A DNA stretch of 64,000 nt from Eledone cirrhosa (taxonomy: Eukaryota). The notes below the pieces were generated by a model that was given only the letters and a program-made list of their open reading frames with translations, was not told the origin of the DNA and did not search any database. Shown here one piece after another: positions 26,148-40,597 of this stretch (the first letter of the stretch is position 1; each line of letters begins with the position of its first letter). The stretch is taken from contig OZ024763.1 of the NCBI GenBank assembly GCA_964016885.1, positions 23,250,001-23,314,000 on the forward strand. The letters are read 5' to 3'. A program made the position numbers and the translations under genes.

Positions 26148-28254
26148 ACAACAACAACAACAACAGTAATAGCAGTGATAACCAAAAACATCAAAATAAA
26201 ACAAAAAAAAAATTGAAAATTTGATACTTCCCAATTGTCATAAAAAATGAGAACCATATATTTTAAACCTAAAATCTTAGGACAATATATCTTTAATGAC
26301 ATAAATATATGTATATAAATATATACACATATACAAACACACACACACACACATATATATATATTATATTTTTTATTGTGTATCAACCTGTTGCGCGTGT
26401 TTCACAGAGGATTGGCTTAAGGTGACTCATAGGAGTTATGGACCCGACTCCAGCATCATTCTGCTCTTCAGACTGGCGATGTGACCAAAAAAAACCATAT
26501 ATATATATATAGACATGTGCATATATAACATATGTATATATAAATCAGTCGATGATGTTTTAAGTATATGGTACGTATATGGCAGATATCGGAGAGATAG
26601 AGGAGAAAAAGAGATGGGGACTGTGACAAACTCCCAGAAATAATTTCTCCACTTCCCACTGTATAATAGAAGAATCTAACTTGCTGATGGAATCATTCAA
26701 AAACAACAAAAACATCATCATCATCATCATCATCATCATCACTATCAGTGGCAGATTAGAGAGAGTCTGGGCTCAGATTGGGCTGATTGTCAAGGGTTCC
26801 ACAATATTTAAAGGGCTTCGAATTAATTTTCTTTTACTTACCGTAATTAATAAGAAAAGAAAGACCCTAATTAAATTTTCAACCAGGGGACACATGTAAG
26901 CTTAATCTGCCTCAGATCATCATTATCACCATCACCATCATCACATCACCATCATCAATAACTGTGATAAAAACAACAACAATAATAATGATTTGTACTA
27001 TAAGCACAAAGCCAGCAATTTGGGGAGAAGAGAAAGTCAATTAAATCAACCCCAGCACATTACTGGTACTTTGTTTTGTCAACCCCTGTCAGGATGAAAA
27101 GCAAAGCTAACCTCAGCAGGATTTGAACTCAGAATGTAAAGGGACATAGTGTCCGATGCTCTACCGATACTGCCAATCTACCATACTACTACTAATAATA
27201 ATTGTTTCTACTTTTGGCACAATGGCCAGCAATTATCCCAGTGTATTACTGGTACTTTATTTTATCGACTCTGTAAGGATGAAAGGCAAAGTTAACCTCG
27301 GCGGGATTTGAACTCAGAATGGCAAGGGCCGTAATTCTATGCGTCAAAGCATGGCGTCCGACCCTCTACCGATACTGCCAATCCACCGCCCTGATCGACC
27401 CTAGTAATAATGATTTCATTTATTGTCCACAAGGGCCGACATGTAGGGGGCAAATTAAAGAGGTCTCTACTGTGACTTGATAGATGACCAAATATTCCAG
27501 TGCATTTTCCATCTACACTGCATGAGAAAGTAATAATAATTATTATTATAACAACAGGGCGGTGGATTGGCAGTATCGGTAGAGGGTCGGACGCCATGCT
27601 TTCCAGCATAGTTACGTCCCTTTACTATCTGAGTTCAAATCCCGCTGAGGTTGACTTTGCCTTTCATCCTTATGGGGTCGATAAAATAAAGTACCAGTAA
27701 TGCACTGGGGTAATTGCTGGCCTTGTGCCAGCAATTATTATAACAACAACATCAAAAATATACCACACCGGAATCTGCAATAACAAAAACCACAGCATTT
27801 ATGGCAATAAATGTCACCCTAGAACAACAACAAATACTACTACAACTACTACTATACTAAAGTTACAACAACAATAAACATTTTAAAGAAATTTTCCTTG
27901 CTTAACTCTTTAGCATTTAAACCGGCCATATCCGGCCAAAATTTTCTCACCTCTTTCTGTTCAAACCGGCCATATCTGGCTGTAACCGGCTATTTATACT
28001 TATGTTAAGGTATTATTCTCAAAATAAATAATATCAAAACATAGATTCAATATTATGTGAGGTAAAGCCTTTACTATGAAAATACAATAGTATATATAGT
28101 GCAATGTAAATGATAAAGGTTTAAACCGGCCGTATCCAGCCATAATTCTCTCACCTCTTTCTGTTCAAACCAGCTATCATACTGATGTTAAGGTATTGTT
28201 CTGAAAATAAATAATATCAAAATCTCACAGATTCAATATTATGTGAGATATTAT

Positions 28255-28975
28255 GTGAGATAAAGCCTTTTCTGTGAAAATACAATAGTATATATAGAGT
28301 AATGTAAATGTTAAGTGAGGTAAAGCCTTTACTATGAAAATACAATAGTATATATAGTGTAATGTAAATGTTAAGTGAGGTAAAGCCTTTACTATGAAAA
28401 TACAATAGTATATATAGTGTAATGTAAATGTTAAGTGAGGTAAAGCCTTTACTATGAAAATACAATAGTATATATAGAGTAATGTAAATGTTAAGTGAGG
28501 TAAAGCCTTTACTATGAAAATACAATAGTATATATAGTGTAATGTAAATGTTAAGTGAGGTAAAGCCTTTACTATGAAAATACAATAGTATATATAGTGT
28601 AATGTAAATGTTAAGTGAGGTAAAGCCTTTACTATGAAAATACAATAGTATATATAGTGTAATGTAAATGTTAAGTGAGGTAAAGCCTTTACTATGAAAA
28701 TACAATAGTATATATAGTGTAATGTAAATGTTAAGTGAGGTAAAGCCTTTACTATGAAAATACAATAGTATATATAGAGTAATGTAAATGTTAAGTGAGG
28801 TAAAGCCTTTACTATGAAAATACAATAGTATATATAGAGTAATGTAAATGTTAAGTGAGGTAAAGCCTTTACTATGAAAATACAATAGTATATATAGTGT
28901 AATGTAAATGTTAAGTGAGGTAAAGCCTTTACTATGAAAATACAATAGTATATATAGTGTAATGTAAATGATAAA
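28255..28975. repeat. 60-bp tandem satellite, ~12 near-identical copies
   Basis: Unit taaagcctttactatgaaaatacaatagtatatatagtgtaatgtaaatgttaagtgagg. Confidence 0.97.
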
Positions 28976-29079
28976 GGATTAAACCGGCCGTATCCAGCCA
29001 GAATTCCCTCACCTCATTCTGTTCAACCCGGACATAATCGGTATTTTCTGTGAAAATTCAATAGTATATATATATAGAA

Positions 29080-29264
29080 CAGGGTTCCCCAAACTTTTTC
29101 AAGCACAAAACCCTTTTTTGGTTCAGAAACTTTAGGGGAACCCTAAAGTCTAATACTGTTATATGGTTGTCATATAAATATACTCCTCTACCTTTTTTCA
29201 CGGAACACCAGACACTCCTTTGCAGAACCCTTGGGTTCTGTGGAACTCACGTTGGGGACCACTT
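29080..29264. mobile_element. hAT-like MITE
   Basis: Termini CAGGGTTCCCCAAAC / GTTGGGGACCACT; 8-bp TSD atatagaa / atatagag. Confidence 0.7.
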
Positions 29265-30019
29265 ATATAGAGTAATGTAAATGCTAAAGGGTTAAAGCAA
29301 GAGTTGTTTGTTAACAGCCCTTACTGTCTAGACATGTCTATAACGCAACATGGGGTCCTTTTGGTCACAATATTTCACAGGTAAATCTCTTACCTGACAT
29401 CATCAACAACAACAAAACGACATTGTAAAATAAAAACTGTAAAATATTGTAAAAACAAAACCTTGTAAATTGAACTAAAATTTTCTCCTTATTGATCAGA
29501 AATCTATATTTTTTTTGTAAAGGGTGTATTGGAATTATTGATCTTGTCCTTTCATCCCCTTTACCATCTTTCAATGACCCCTCCCCCTAACTAATAAGGA
29601 GATAAATTAAAGTCTCCTTTCACACAAAGATCAATATATTTTCACCAATTGAAAATCAGTTTACACACTTCCAGGTTCAATGAACCAATCAACTTGTAAA
29701 TATTTTGAAGAATAAAGATGTTTTCCTATACATTTATATTGTATTTTGTATATATATATATATATGTATGTTTATATTATATATATGTATGTTTATATTG
29801 TATATATTATATGTATGTATGTTTATATTGTATATATATTATATGTATGTATGTTTATATTGTATATATATATGTATATGTATGGCTGTTTATATTGTAT
29901 ATATTATATGTATGTATGTTTATATTGTATATATATTATATGTATGTATGTTTATATTGTATATATATATGTATATGTATGGCTGTTTATATTGTATATA
30001 AACATCCATACATATACTG

Positions 30020-30250
30020 AGACTGAGGTTAGCTGGACCACCAACATCCAGAGTTGACACTGCACTCAGTGCTCCTGTGGGGACCCCTACATGGACACAC
30101 TGGAAGTGGGAGACCGAGGTTAACATATGTTGATACCCTAAGGACAGACACTGGTCTGTTGGAGACGCAGGACATGGCAGCGATAATGAGGGACAGAGAC
30201 CACTGGAGAGAACTCGTCCATGGATCTTGGGAATTTTACCCGCCCTAGAT
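30020..30250 (+). mobile_element. RTE-like LINE 3' fragment (different family) splitting a ~30-bp AT-rich minisatellite (~29760-30510)
   Basis: VLLW.P.HG....GRP.LTYVD.L..DTGL......M.DR..WR. Confidence 0.65.
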
Positions 30251-31164
30251 AGATAGATGTATGTATGTTTATATTGTATATACATGTATATGTATGGATG
30301 TTTATATTGTATATATTATATGTATGTATGGATGTTTATATTGTATATATTATATGTATGTATGTATGTTTATATTGTATATATATATATGTATAATCCA
30401 TGCTAGCGTGGAAGAACAGACGTAAAATGGTGATGATGATGATATATTTATATGTATGGATGTTTATATTGTATGTATATATATATATATGTATGTTTAT
30501 ATTGTATATATTTTTAAACGATCGACTTTCGTCAAATCGGACCGAGGGAACAATGTTTCCGTTGGTCTTTCCAATTGCTAATACTATCTATCGGTCGCAA
30601 CTCCAGGTAGAAGGAGCAACGTGAAATAAAGTGTCTTGCCCAAGGACATAACGCATCGCCTGGTCCAGGAATCGAACTCACAACCTTATGATTGCGAATC
30701 CAATTCTCTAACCACTCAGCCACACGCCTTCACATATATATATATATGTATGTTTGTATATATATATATATATGTATGTTTGTATTGTATATATTATATT
30801 TATATGTATGGATGTTGATACTATATATATGTATGGATGTTTATATATATAAACATGGGCGGAGGTGGTGAGAGCAGACCTCAGATCGCTGAAGCTCACA
30901 GAGGAGATGACGAAGGACTGTGACAAGTGGAGAGATGCTGTGATGAATAGGACCCGTCCCACCCTTGCAAGCAGGGAAAAACGGACGTAAAATGATGATG
31001 ATATATATATATATATATATATAAGAATTGAAATACTAGAGTGTGTTGGAGTTAAACACCCTCTTCGTATTATAGAAATGACAGTAAAGGTATAGCTCAA
31101 TGTAATTAAACAGAGCCAAAGAATTATGAAAATAAACCAAAGAAGCCTTCAATACATCAAAAGT

Positions 31165-31219
31165 CTTTATTAGCCAACAATGTTTCGTCCTATTAAGGAC
31201 TCATCAGGGCAATTAAAGC
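31165..31219 (-). ncRNA. Type I hammerhead ribozyme (minimal, Penelope-type)
   Basis: Minus strand: gcc-CUGAUGA-GUCC uuaaua GGAC-GAAA-C auu G-UU-ggc. Canonical core; 4-bp stem II; stem I GCC/GGC extended by CUUUA/UAAAG. Confidence 0.8.
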
Positions 31220-31795
31220 TATAAGAAGCACTATCAGCCAATACAAGCCGAAAACTCAGAAGAATATGGAGTGTACATAGATTAAATCATAGGAAAATAA
31301 TCGGGTAAAAATCATCAAGTAAAAAAATTATCAAGTGCAAATTGCTAAGTAAGTAACATTTTGAACCATATTACAAATATAGTCCAATGCAAAAACTAGA
31401 GCTAAAACAGAGGTGGTGATATAGAGCGGGAATTATTGTACTATACATAATATAATATAATATAATATAATATAATATAATATAATTAATAATGATAATA
31501 ATAATAATGTTAAAAGGCCCAATATACATATATATATATATACATATGTACACATATATACATATATATCAAAACACATTTCCATCAATAGAAGCACAAA
31601 CTAACCCTTATCAAGAGTTTAAATATAAATAAGAATAATAATAATAATAAAAATAAAAATAAAAATACAAATGAAAAATACAAATGAAAATAAAATTAAA
31701 ATATAATGCATATAATATTTACAGTATAAAATGAAGAATAAATGATTAAAAGTAAGCATAAAATATATAATAAACTATATAATTATATAATAATA

Positions 31796-33330
31796 CTAGC
31801 AGTAAAGCCCGGCGTTGCTCGGGGTCGCTCAGTAGCTGTGTTAAAGTTACAATGTTAAGTTTCTTTTTTGGCTTAAAAACTGTAGTGTCTACTGTGCAGA
31901 CTTGCATGTGGTGTTTTTGATTAATATTCCCTCAACCAACAATATGCCTTATGAAGTTAAGAAAACATAACGATAACCCCAATGTCATAACAAAAGAGGA
32001 TGCTGGGGATAAAAACTGCACTGGTTATTTATTAAGAAAGATCGAAAATGTAAACACTGCAACGCAGAGAAAAACATTAGCATAACCAAATTATCAGTTA
32101 TGTCTGTCTGCACGCCTATATCACCTCTCTGCACGACTGTCTGTCTGCACACCTATATCACTTCTCTGCACGACTGTCTGTCTGCACGCCTATATCACCT
32201 CTCTGCACGACTATCTGTCTGCACGCGTATATCACCTCTCTGCACGACTGTCTGTCTGCACGCCTAACGACGAAATATTTACTTGTTTTACGTAGTCTTT
32301 AAATAGACTTGTTTTCAAGTAAAAATATTGTTTTAAAATGCTTTTAAATGGAAATGAAGCAAAACGGAAGCTTAGTGTTCGAACTGATGAATTTTGCAGG
32401 TCAATAAAAGTTACAATGTTAAGTTTCTTTCTTGGCTTAAAAACTGTAGTGTCTACTGTGCAGACTTGCATGTGGTGTTTTTGATTAATATTCCCTCAAC
32501 CAACAATATGCCTTATGAAGTTAAGAAAACATAACGATAACCCGAATGTTATAACAAAAGAGGTGCTGGGGATAGAAACTGTACTGGTTATTTATTAACA
32601 AAGATCGAAAATGTAAACACTGCAACGCAGAGAAAAACATTAGCGTAACCAAATTATCAGTTATGTCTGTCTGCACGCCTATATCACCTCTCTGCACGAC
32701 TGTCTGTCTGCACGCCTATATCACCTCTCTGCACGACTATCTGTCTGCACGCCTATATCACCTCTCTGCACGACTGTCTGTCTGCACGCCTATATCACCT
32801 CTCTGCACGACTGTCTGTCTGCACGCCTATATCACCTCTCTGCACGACTGTCTGTCTGAACGCGTATATCACCTCTCTGCACGACTGTCTGTCTGCACGC
32901 CTAACGACGAAATATTTGCTTGTTTTACGTAGTCTTTAAATAGACTTGTTTTCAAGTAAAAATATTGTTTTAAAATGCTTTTAAATGGAAATGAAGCAAA
33001 ACGGAAGCTTAGTGTTCGAACTGATGAATTTTGCAGGTCAATATTTTGCTGGCTCGACAACTGTTAAAGCCAGCGTAATTTTTTACGTAAGACGCTCAAT
33101 GTAAACAGAACAAAGGGAAATAACTGATAACTTACGCTCAAAAATCGATACATTATATTCGATTTCGTCACATAGGGTGGGTCAATTTGAAATTTTTTTT
33201 TTCCGATGTCTTCGCTAGGGCTCAATGTACAAGTATAGCAATTTCGGTGCAATTCCGTGAGAGATTCTAAGAGGAGATGTGTGCCAAAAATCGATAGACA
33301 GACAGACAACCACAGTTTTATATATATAGA
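31796..33330 (-). mobile_element. Non-autonomous Helitron with an internal ~560-640 bp tandem duplication and a 33-bp minisatellite
   Basis: 5' TC(TATATATA), 3' hairpin CCCGAGCAACGCCGGG followed by CTAG|T. Block ~31845-32405 is repeated at ~32407-33040. Confidence 0.8.
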
Positions 33331-33451
33331 TAATAGATAATCTCCGGTTAATTTGCACAAACAATATAAATTTTACAATAACTAAACTCACAATATTATA
33401 ATATAATGGCATATAACTTAACAAATAATATAGATTTACAGTCAGGGTGAG

Positions 33452-33500
<49 letters not shown>

Positions 33501-34162
33501 GTATGTTTACTACAGGTGTTTCATCATTCTAAGCTAATTATGTTAAATAATAAAATTATTAACTATTCTTCAAGTGATGCCACATCAGAAAGTAGTTTCC
33601 ATGTGGAAAAAAACAAAAAACTGAGAAATTAGTTGCCCATTAGGTTTGGTGAAAGGGGGGTAACTGTGTTATATGTATGGCAGCTACATCACAATTTCAA
33701 GAATTACAATCAATACCTGCATCAATTGTTAGTTGTTGGGACACTGCATCATTCAAAACTTCCTTGCTTCCTGAAATTGCCTCCAAAACTTCCATGCTTT
33801 CTGAAATTTGCCCCGAAAACTTCCATACTTCCCGAAATTTGCCTCCAAAACTTCCATACTTCAGAAATTTGCCTCTAAAACTTCCATGCTTCCTGAAATT
33901 TGCCTCCAAAATTCCCTAAAACTACAGCTGATATTCCTCCTCCATACACATATGTATCTATGAGTATATCATGACTCACACACTGTTCACTTTCCTGACA
34001 TTTGTACATTATTCTATATACTATACATGCACCTTTGATGAGTTGTAGTGCACCTGAGCACTGTACACAATAATTTTCATTATTATATTTTTCTCATACA
34101 TAAGTGGCACGAACATAACGTTTTAGGTCTGTCTGAACTTATACACCTTTCTTATATATATA

Positions 34163-34530
34163 CTAGCTGAGATACCCAGCTTCGTCCAGGTAAAAAGATG
34201 ATAAGAGAAGACAGGTAGAAGAGAAAATGACTGTATTGGATGTTTGTCTGGTTTACAGTATGAGACAAGGCTATGGAGTAACAGTAAAAAATCTTCCAGA
34301 TACACCAGATTCTTCGTTTACCATTCGTGTATAGTATATGAAGATTTCTAGGTATTTCCACCCGTGAACAACCTACATATAACTGTCCATGGGTAAAAAC
34401 CAATTCTCTTATGTGACTCTGAACCTGAGCTTTATGTACGGTCATAGCAAAACTGTCTCTAACAGGGAACAGAAGTCTTGAGAATTTGAATGGCAGCTCG
34501 GTAGAAGGGATTAAGGGAATCTTGGGAATA
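34163..34530 (-). mobile_element. Helitron 3' remnant (helicase C-terminus plus hairpin-CTAG end)
   Basis: FAMTVHKAQ.QS, VFTHGQLYVGCSRV; CCTGGACGAAGCTGGG...CTAG|T. Confidence 0.8.
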
Positions 34531-35639
34531 AATGCATTTTCTCCTTGATGATTGCCTCTATAGAATATATATCTTTTAATTTGGTTATATATATATAAGT
34601 TTGAAACACTTCTAGTCCTGTAGAAGCCATTTCTATATTAAATATATATATATATAGTAATAATAACAAATGTGAAGACAAAAATCCAAAGAGAGCTTGA
34701 TAAGGATAAATATATATCAAATATATAAGAACCCTAGAGCAAATATTTATTAAAATACCAGATTAAAGTTTAAGCAAAACTCTGTCTCAAGTCTGGGGGC
34801 TCATCAGGCTACTGTTTATCCCAGCTTCCATGGCATGAAGTGACTGAGAGTACAAGACTTCCCCCTGGATAGGGCACCAGTCCATCACAGGGTTAAAACC
34901 CCTAGCTTATTGCTGGTACTTATTTTCAGCTGAGTATACTGGAGCAACAGGAAATGAAGTGTTTTGCTCAAGAACACAACGCACAACCCAGTCCAGGAAT
35001 TGAACCCACGACATTATGATCGTAAGTCTGGGCTACGTGCCTTCACTAAAAAGATTAATAGGTCACCCTAGATCAATTACCTGACCAACACCCTTATCTC
35101 AAGGCCACTATACCTGATTCAGTTTTATGTAATTATAATTCAACATTAATTAACATAACAAGATGTATCATTGGAATGTATTATTATAAGCTGAAGTTTC
35201 TCTGAATTAATTAAAACACTTTCTGAAAGTATTACATAATTATGGTAATTACTGGTACTCCTATGTGAAGTTTCTCACATAAACACCAAGAGGTGTGAGA
35301 AAACTAATTACATCTGTCAATAAACACCTGTCAATAAACACCTGTCAATAAATACTGTTCACCTGGACAGTGAATTTTATACTGCAACTAAATTGTTGTC
35401 TTTTTATTTCCAAACACACATCATGTAGGTAACACGGTAAAAACCTCTCAGTCCACACTGTAAACGTGGTTGGTGTTAGGAAGGTTCATCCAGCCGTAGA
35501 AAACCCGCCAGACAGTCCTATATGAGCGAGACATGGTCACCCGACCAACCTTGCCTCAAGTGGGACAACTGCCGTCTAACCCATGCTAGCGTGGAAGATA
35601 GACGTTAAACGACGATGATGATGATGATGATGACACACA

Positions 35640-35970
35640 CACATGCATGTGGTATGGACACACATGCATGTGGTATGGACACATGTGTATGTGGTATGGA
35701 CACACATGCATGTGGTATGGACACGTGTATGTGGTATGGACACATGTATGTGGTATAGACACACTTGTATGTGGTATGGGCACGTGTGTGTGGTATGGAT
35801 ATGTGTGTGTGGTATGGACATGTGTGTGTGTGGTATGGACACATGCATGTGGTATGGACACACATGTATGTGGTATAGACACGCATGCATGTGGTATGGA
35901 CACACATGTATGTGGTATGGGCACGTGTTTGTGGTATGGGCACACATGCATGTGGTATGGACACATGTAT
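35640..35970. repeat. ~20-22-bp minisatellite (gtggtatggacacacatgcat)n
   Basis: Directly visible. Confidence 0.9.
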
Positions 35971-36139
35971 GTATATAGTAAATTGACCCCAGTATCTGAC
36001 TGGTACTTTATTCTGGAGGGAGGGAATATATTAAATTGACCCCAGTACTTGACTGGTACTTTATTTTATCAGCCTTGAAAAGACAAAAGGCAAAGTTGTA
36101 AAATAGACGTTAAACGATGACTTCCCGGCATTGATGATA

Positions 36140-36198
<59 letters not shown>

Positions 36199-36238
36199 GG
36201 TGGTGGTGGTGGTGGTGATGATGATGATGATGGTGATA

Positions 36239-36285
<47 letters not shown>

Positions 36286-37044
36286 GATGATGATGGTGAA
36301 GATGAATATGATGATGATGTAACACAGTAGATAGAACCCCCCCACTATATTACTATATAACCCAGAAGAACATAGATGATGATGATGATGTAACACAGTA
36401 GATAGAACCCCCCCCCCCACACACACACACTATATTACTATATAACCCAAGAAGAACATAAGATCTAGAAAAAAGAGCAAGGTCTGAGTAAGCAAGAACT
36501 CAATAATGGGAGCAAAGCTATTGAAGAAGAAATATATTGATCAGTTTGGTTCCATCAAGGCTATGGATATGGGCTTTTATTTCTTTGCCCCCCCCCCCCC
36601 CCCACTTTTCTTTGCTTGTTTTCTTGTTATCTTGGATTTCATCCAAGTAAATAGTGTTTCATATTGGGAGAGAAGCAGTTCTCTACTCATATAGTCTCTC
36701 GAATAATACAAAGGGATTTCCAGGAAGCAACATATCGACAAGTGTAATATTTTAATGTCTAACGATTAATTGAGGGGAGTATGTCTGCTGTTTGGCAAAG
36801 TTTTTGCTGCAATAAAATCTATTTACTTATGTGTTTACATGTGTTTTTGTGTGTGTGTATGTGTGTGTATGTTTGTGTGTATATGTATGTTTGTGTGTAT
36901 GTGTGTTCATATATATATATATATATATATACACACAGATCTGGGTATCATCATTATAATAACATCCTCTTTGTCATATATATGTATATATATATATATG
37001 TATATATATGTATATATATGTATGCATATATATATATATGTATG

Positions 37045-37151
<107 letters not shown>

Positions 37152-37164
37152 ATATATATGTATG

Positions 37165-37273
<109 letters not shown>

Positions 37274-37282
37274 ATATATATG

Positions 37283-37356
<74 letters not shown>

Positions 37357-37904
37357 TATATATGTATTATGTATCATGATCACATCATTTCATATCAGTT
37401 TCTTCACACAGTAGAGAGGGTTGGATGGGTGAGTTCTCTCCACCACAAGAAATGTGGTGCAATTCAATATATAGCAACCCTTACATGGCTGGTAGCTGGG
37501 TTTTATTGATACCAAATAACCCTCTAAATATTCTGCCAATTCACTACACTAATATATAATAGTAATATTACCATCATCATCACCACTATCACCATTATCA
37601 CCATCTTTATCAACATCACCACCATCATCATGTTGTAGTGCATCCGAGCACTGTACACAATAATTTCATTATTATTATAATCATCATCATAACTATTTTC
37701 ACCATCACTAGAGGGTCGGACGCCATGCTTTGCAGCATAGAGTTACGGCCCTTTATGATCTGAGTTCAAATCCCGCCGAGGTTAACTTTGCCTTTCATCC
37801 TTACGGGGGTCGATAAAATAAAGTACCAGTCACGCACTGGGGTCAATTTAATCGACTTTCCCCTCCCCCCAAAATTGCTGGCCTTGTGCCTATATAAGAA
37901 ACCA

Positions 37905-38720
37905 CTATTATCACCATCACCATTAACACCACCACCATCATCACCATTACCATTAAAATCATCACTATCACTACCACCATCATCATTATCATTAACACCA
38001 TCACCATCATCACTATCACCATTACCATCACCATCATCACCATTAACACCACCATCACCATCACCACCATTACCATTAACATCATCACTATCACTACCAC
38101 CATCATCATTATCATTAACACCATCACCATCATCACTATCACCATCACCATCATCACCATTAACACCACCACCATCATCACCATCACCACCATTACCATT
38201 AACATCATCACTATCACCACCACCATCATCATTATCATTAACACCATCACCATCATCACTATCACCACCAACATCATCATTATCATTAACACCATCACCA
38301 TCACCATCATCACCATTAACACCACCACCGCCATCATAATCATCATCATCACCATTATCATCCTCAATGTCATCATCATCACCAACATTACCACCATTAA
38401 TATCACCATCATCACTATTAACATCATCATCACCACCATTACCATTATCACCATCATCATCACCACCACCACTATCACTATTATCATCACCATCATAATC
38501 ATCATCACCACCACCATCATCATCATCACCATTACCACCATCATCATCATCATCATCATCATCACCACACGACCACGACCACCACCTTCACCACCATCAT
38601 TATCATCATCACCACCACCACCACCACCTCCACCACTACCTTCACCACCACCACTGTTGATGTTGGTGTTAATGGTGGTAGCATTGCTGTTGGTAGTAGT
38701 GATGGTAATCATGGTTATTA
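37905..38720. repeat. (CAT/CAC)n compound microsatellite. Long (TA)n-type tracts lie at ~5310-5690, 19240-19800, 36975-37360, 41080-41430, 41700-42000
   Basis: Directly visible; source of the poly-IY, poly-H and poly-M ORFs. Confidence 0.95.
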
Positions 38721-39436
38721 TTGATGATGGTGGTGATGGTAGCGTCTACGAAAGCGAAAATAAACGACTTTCTGTACCAAATCCACCAAAAAACCATTTA
38801 TTCCCACCATTAAACACCTCCAAGATAAAATAAATCTCACATTTTTCAATAACTTTCTCAATTTTTCCTTCCAATTTCTCCATTTTAACCAACAATGGCA
38901 ATTCTCTCTCATTTTCATTTCCTGACAGTTTTTCCATTACTTTTTGGCTTTTCAAACCAGTTTTGAAATTACAAATATATACATACATAACACTCCCTGA
39001 AACATAAGTAATACACATGTAACCCTAACCCCGATCCCGACCCTGACCCTGAAACATAAGTAATACACATGTAAAGTTTGAAAAAAATCGGTTGGGTACT
39101 TCTCTAGTTTTAGGGATTCAAACTCACACACACACACACACACACACACATGGTAGTGATTAACATATGACAAAACTCAATATTTGAGAACATGAGAAAG
39201 ATATATAATACAAACAATAGAGAGGGTGCGTGTAATACTGCTTAAAAAAAACTGTTATATTGATGTCATGTATTTTTTTAAGCTGTATTACACGCACCCT
39301 CTCTATTGTTTGTATTATATATCTTTCTCATGTTCTCAATATTAGGGTATAAATATTGAGTTTTGTCATATATTAATCACTACCATGACTGAATCTTAAA
39401 CATCTACTATGTCAGGGTATGTCATGCATCATCTTA

Positions 39437-39499
39437 TTTTATCTGATGAGGACGTACTGTTAAACTTAACTCAGTACCTCTGAAATATGTATAATAAAA
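39437..39499 (+). ncRNA. Type I hammerhead ribozyme, family A
   Basis: UUUUAU-CUGAUGA-GGAC GUACUG..CAGUAC CUCU-GAAA-UAUGUA-UA-AUAAAA. Confidence 0.7.
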
Positions 39500-39943
39500 T
39501 ATACTTGATCACAAGAATATCTATTTTGTTAATATTTTGAATTAATATATATATATATATATATAAAGGGTGTCCCCCAAAAATGTATACACAATTCCAA
39601 TAAATATTACCTATATAGGTAATCAAAGTATGTATACATTTTTTGGGGACACCCTGTGTTTATATATATATATATATCCGTCGGGGTCATACTTTCTCCT
39701 ATATCATCATCATCATCATCATCATCAGGTTTAGCGTCCGTGTTTCACGCTTGCATGGGTTTGGACGGGGTTTTTCCCACTTGAGGCAAGAGTGGTTGTC
39801 TTGCTCGCATAGGGCTGTCTGGCAGGTTTTCTACAGTTGGAAAACCCGCCAGACAGTCCTATGCGAGCAAGACAACCACTCTTGCCTCAAGTGGGAAAAC
39901 CCCATATATATATATTCTTGCTAAAACAATCTCTATACCTCTC

Positions 39944-40033
<90 letters not shown>

Positions 40034-40263
40034 ACCTTTGTTAAGTTATGTTCCAAACACTGACTAAATAATTGTTTCTACTTTAGGCACAAGGCCAGCA
40101 ATTATCCCAGTGTATTACTGGTACTTTATTTTATCGACCCCGTAAGGATGAAAGGCAAAGTTAACCTCGGCGGGATTTGAACTCAGACCATAAAAGGCCG
40201 TAACTCTATGCTGCAAAGCATGGCGTCCGACTCTCTACCGACTAAATAATGACATATATAATG

Positions 40264-40354
40264 CAGGGTGTCCCCCCAAAATGTATACACCACTCTAATA
40301 AATATTGCCTATACAGGTAATCAAAGTGCGTATACATTTTTTGGGGACATCCTG
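40264..40354. mobile_element. ~90-bp Tc1/mariner-like MITE (second copy at 39566-39655)
   Basis: TIRs CAGGGTGTCCCC..AAAATGTATAC / GTATACATTTT..GGGGACA.CCTG. Confidence 0.7.
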
Positions 40355-40382
40355 TGTGTGTGTGTATATATATATACATCAC

Positions 40383-40452
<70 letters not shown>

Positions 40453-40538
40453 CACACAAACATACATGTGTATATATATATATATATATTATTCAAAATG
40501 TTAATAAATTAAAAATGTTCTCATAATCAAAATATATA

Positions 40539-40597
40539 TTTTATTATACATATTTCAAAGGTACAATGGTGTTTAAGTACGTTTTCATCAGACAAAA
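40539..40597 (-). ncRNA. Type I hammerhead ribozyme, family A (inverted twin of 40682-40740)
   Basis: Reverse complement within the 40487-40792 fold-back. Confidence 0.7.

Larger units (their letters stand above)
27902..29295. mobile_element. piggyBac-like (TTAA) MITE, expanded by a 60-bp satellite and a nested hAT MITE
   Basis: Ends TTAAC(C/T)CTTTAGCATT...AATGCTAAAGGGTTAA. Unexpanded ~215-230 bp copies at 8538-8752 and 15368-15595. Confidence 0.75.

Noticed and set aside
20706-28975. Regular 24-, 42- and 60-bp arrays (and the 48-bp array at 7.3 kb) as CRISPR arrays
   Set aside because: Head-to-tail units with no unique spacers, no cas genes, eukaryotic context.
38746-38925. Minus-strand exon (GNENERELPLLVKMEKLEGKIEKVIEK) as exon 2 of the 42315 leader
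   Set aside because: Phase-compatible, but the acceptor lacks a pyrimidine tract, and I found no counterpart downstream of the + copy or recognisable domain.
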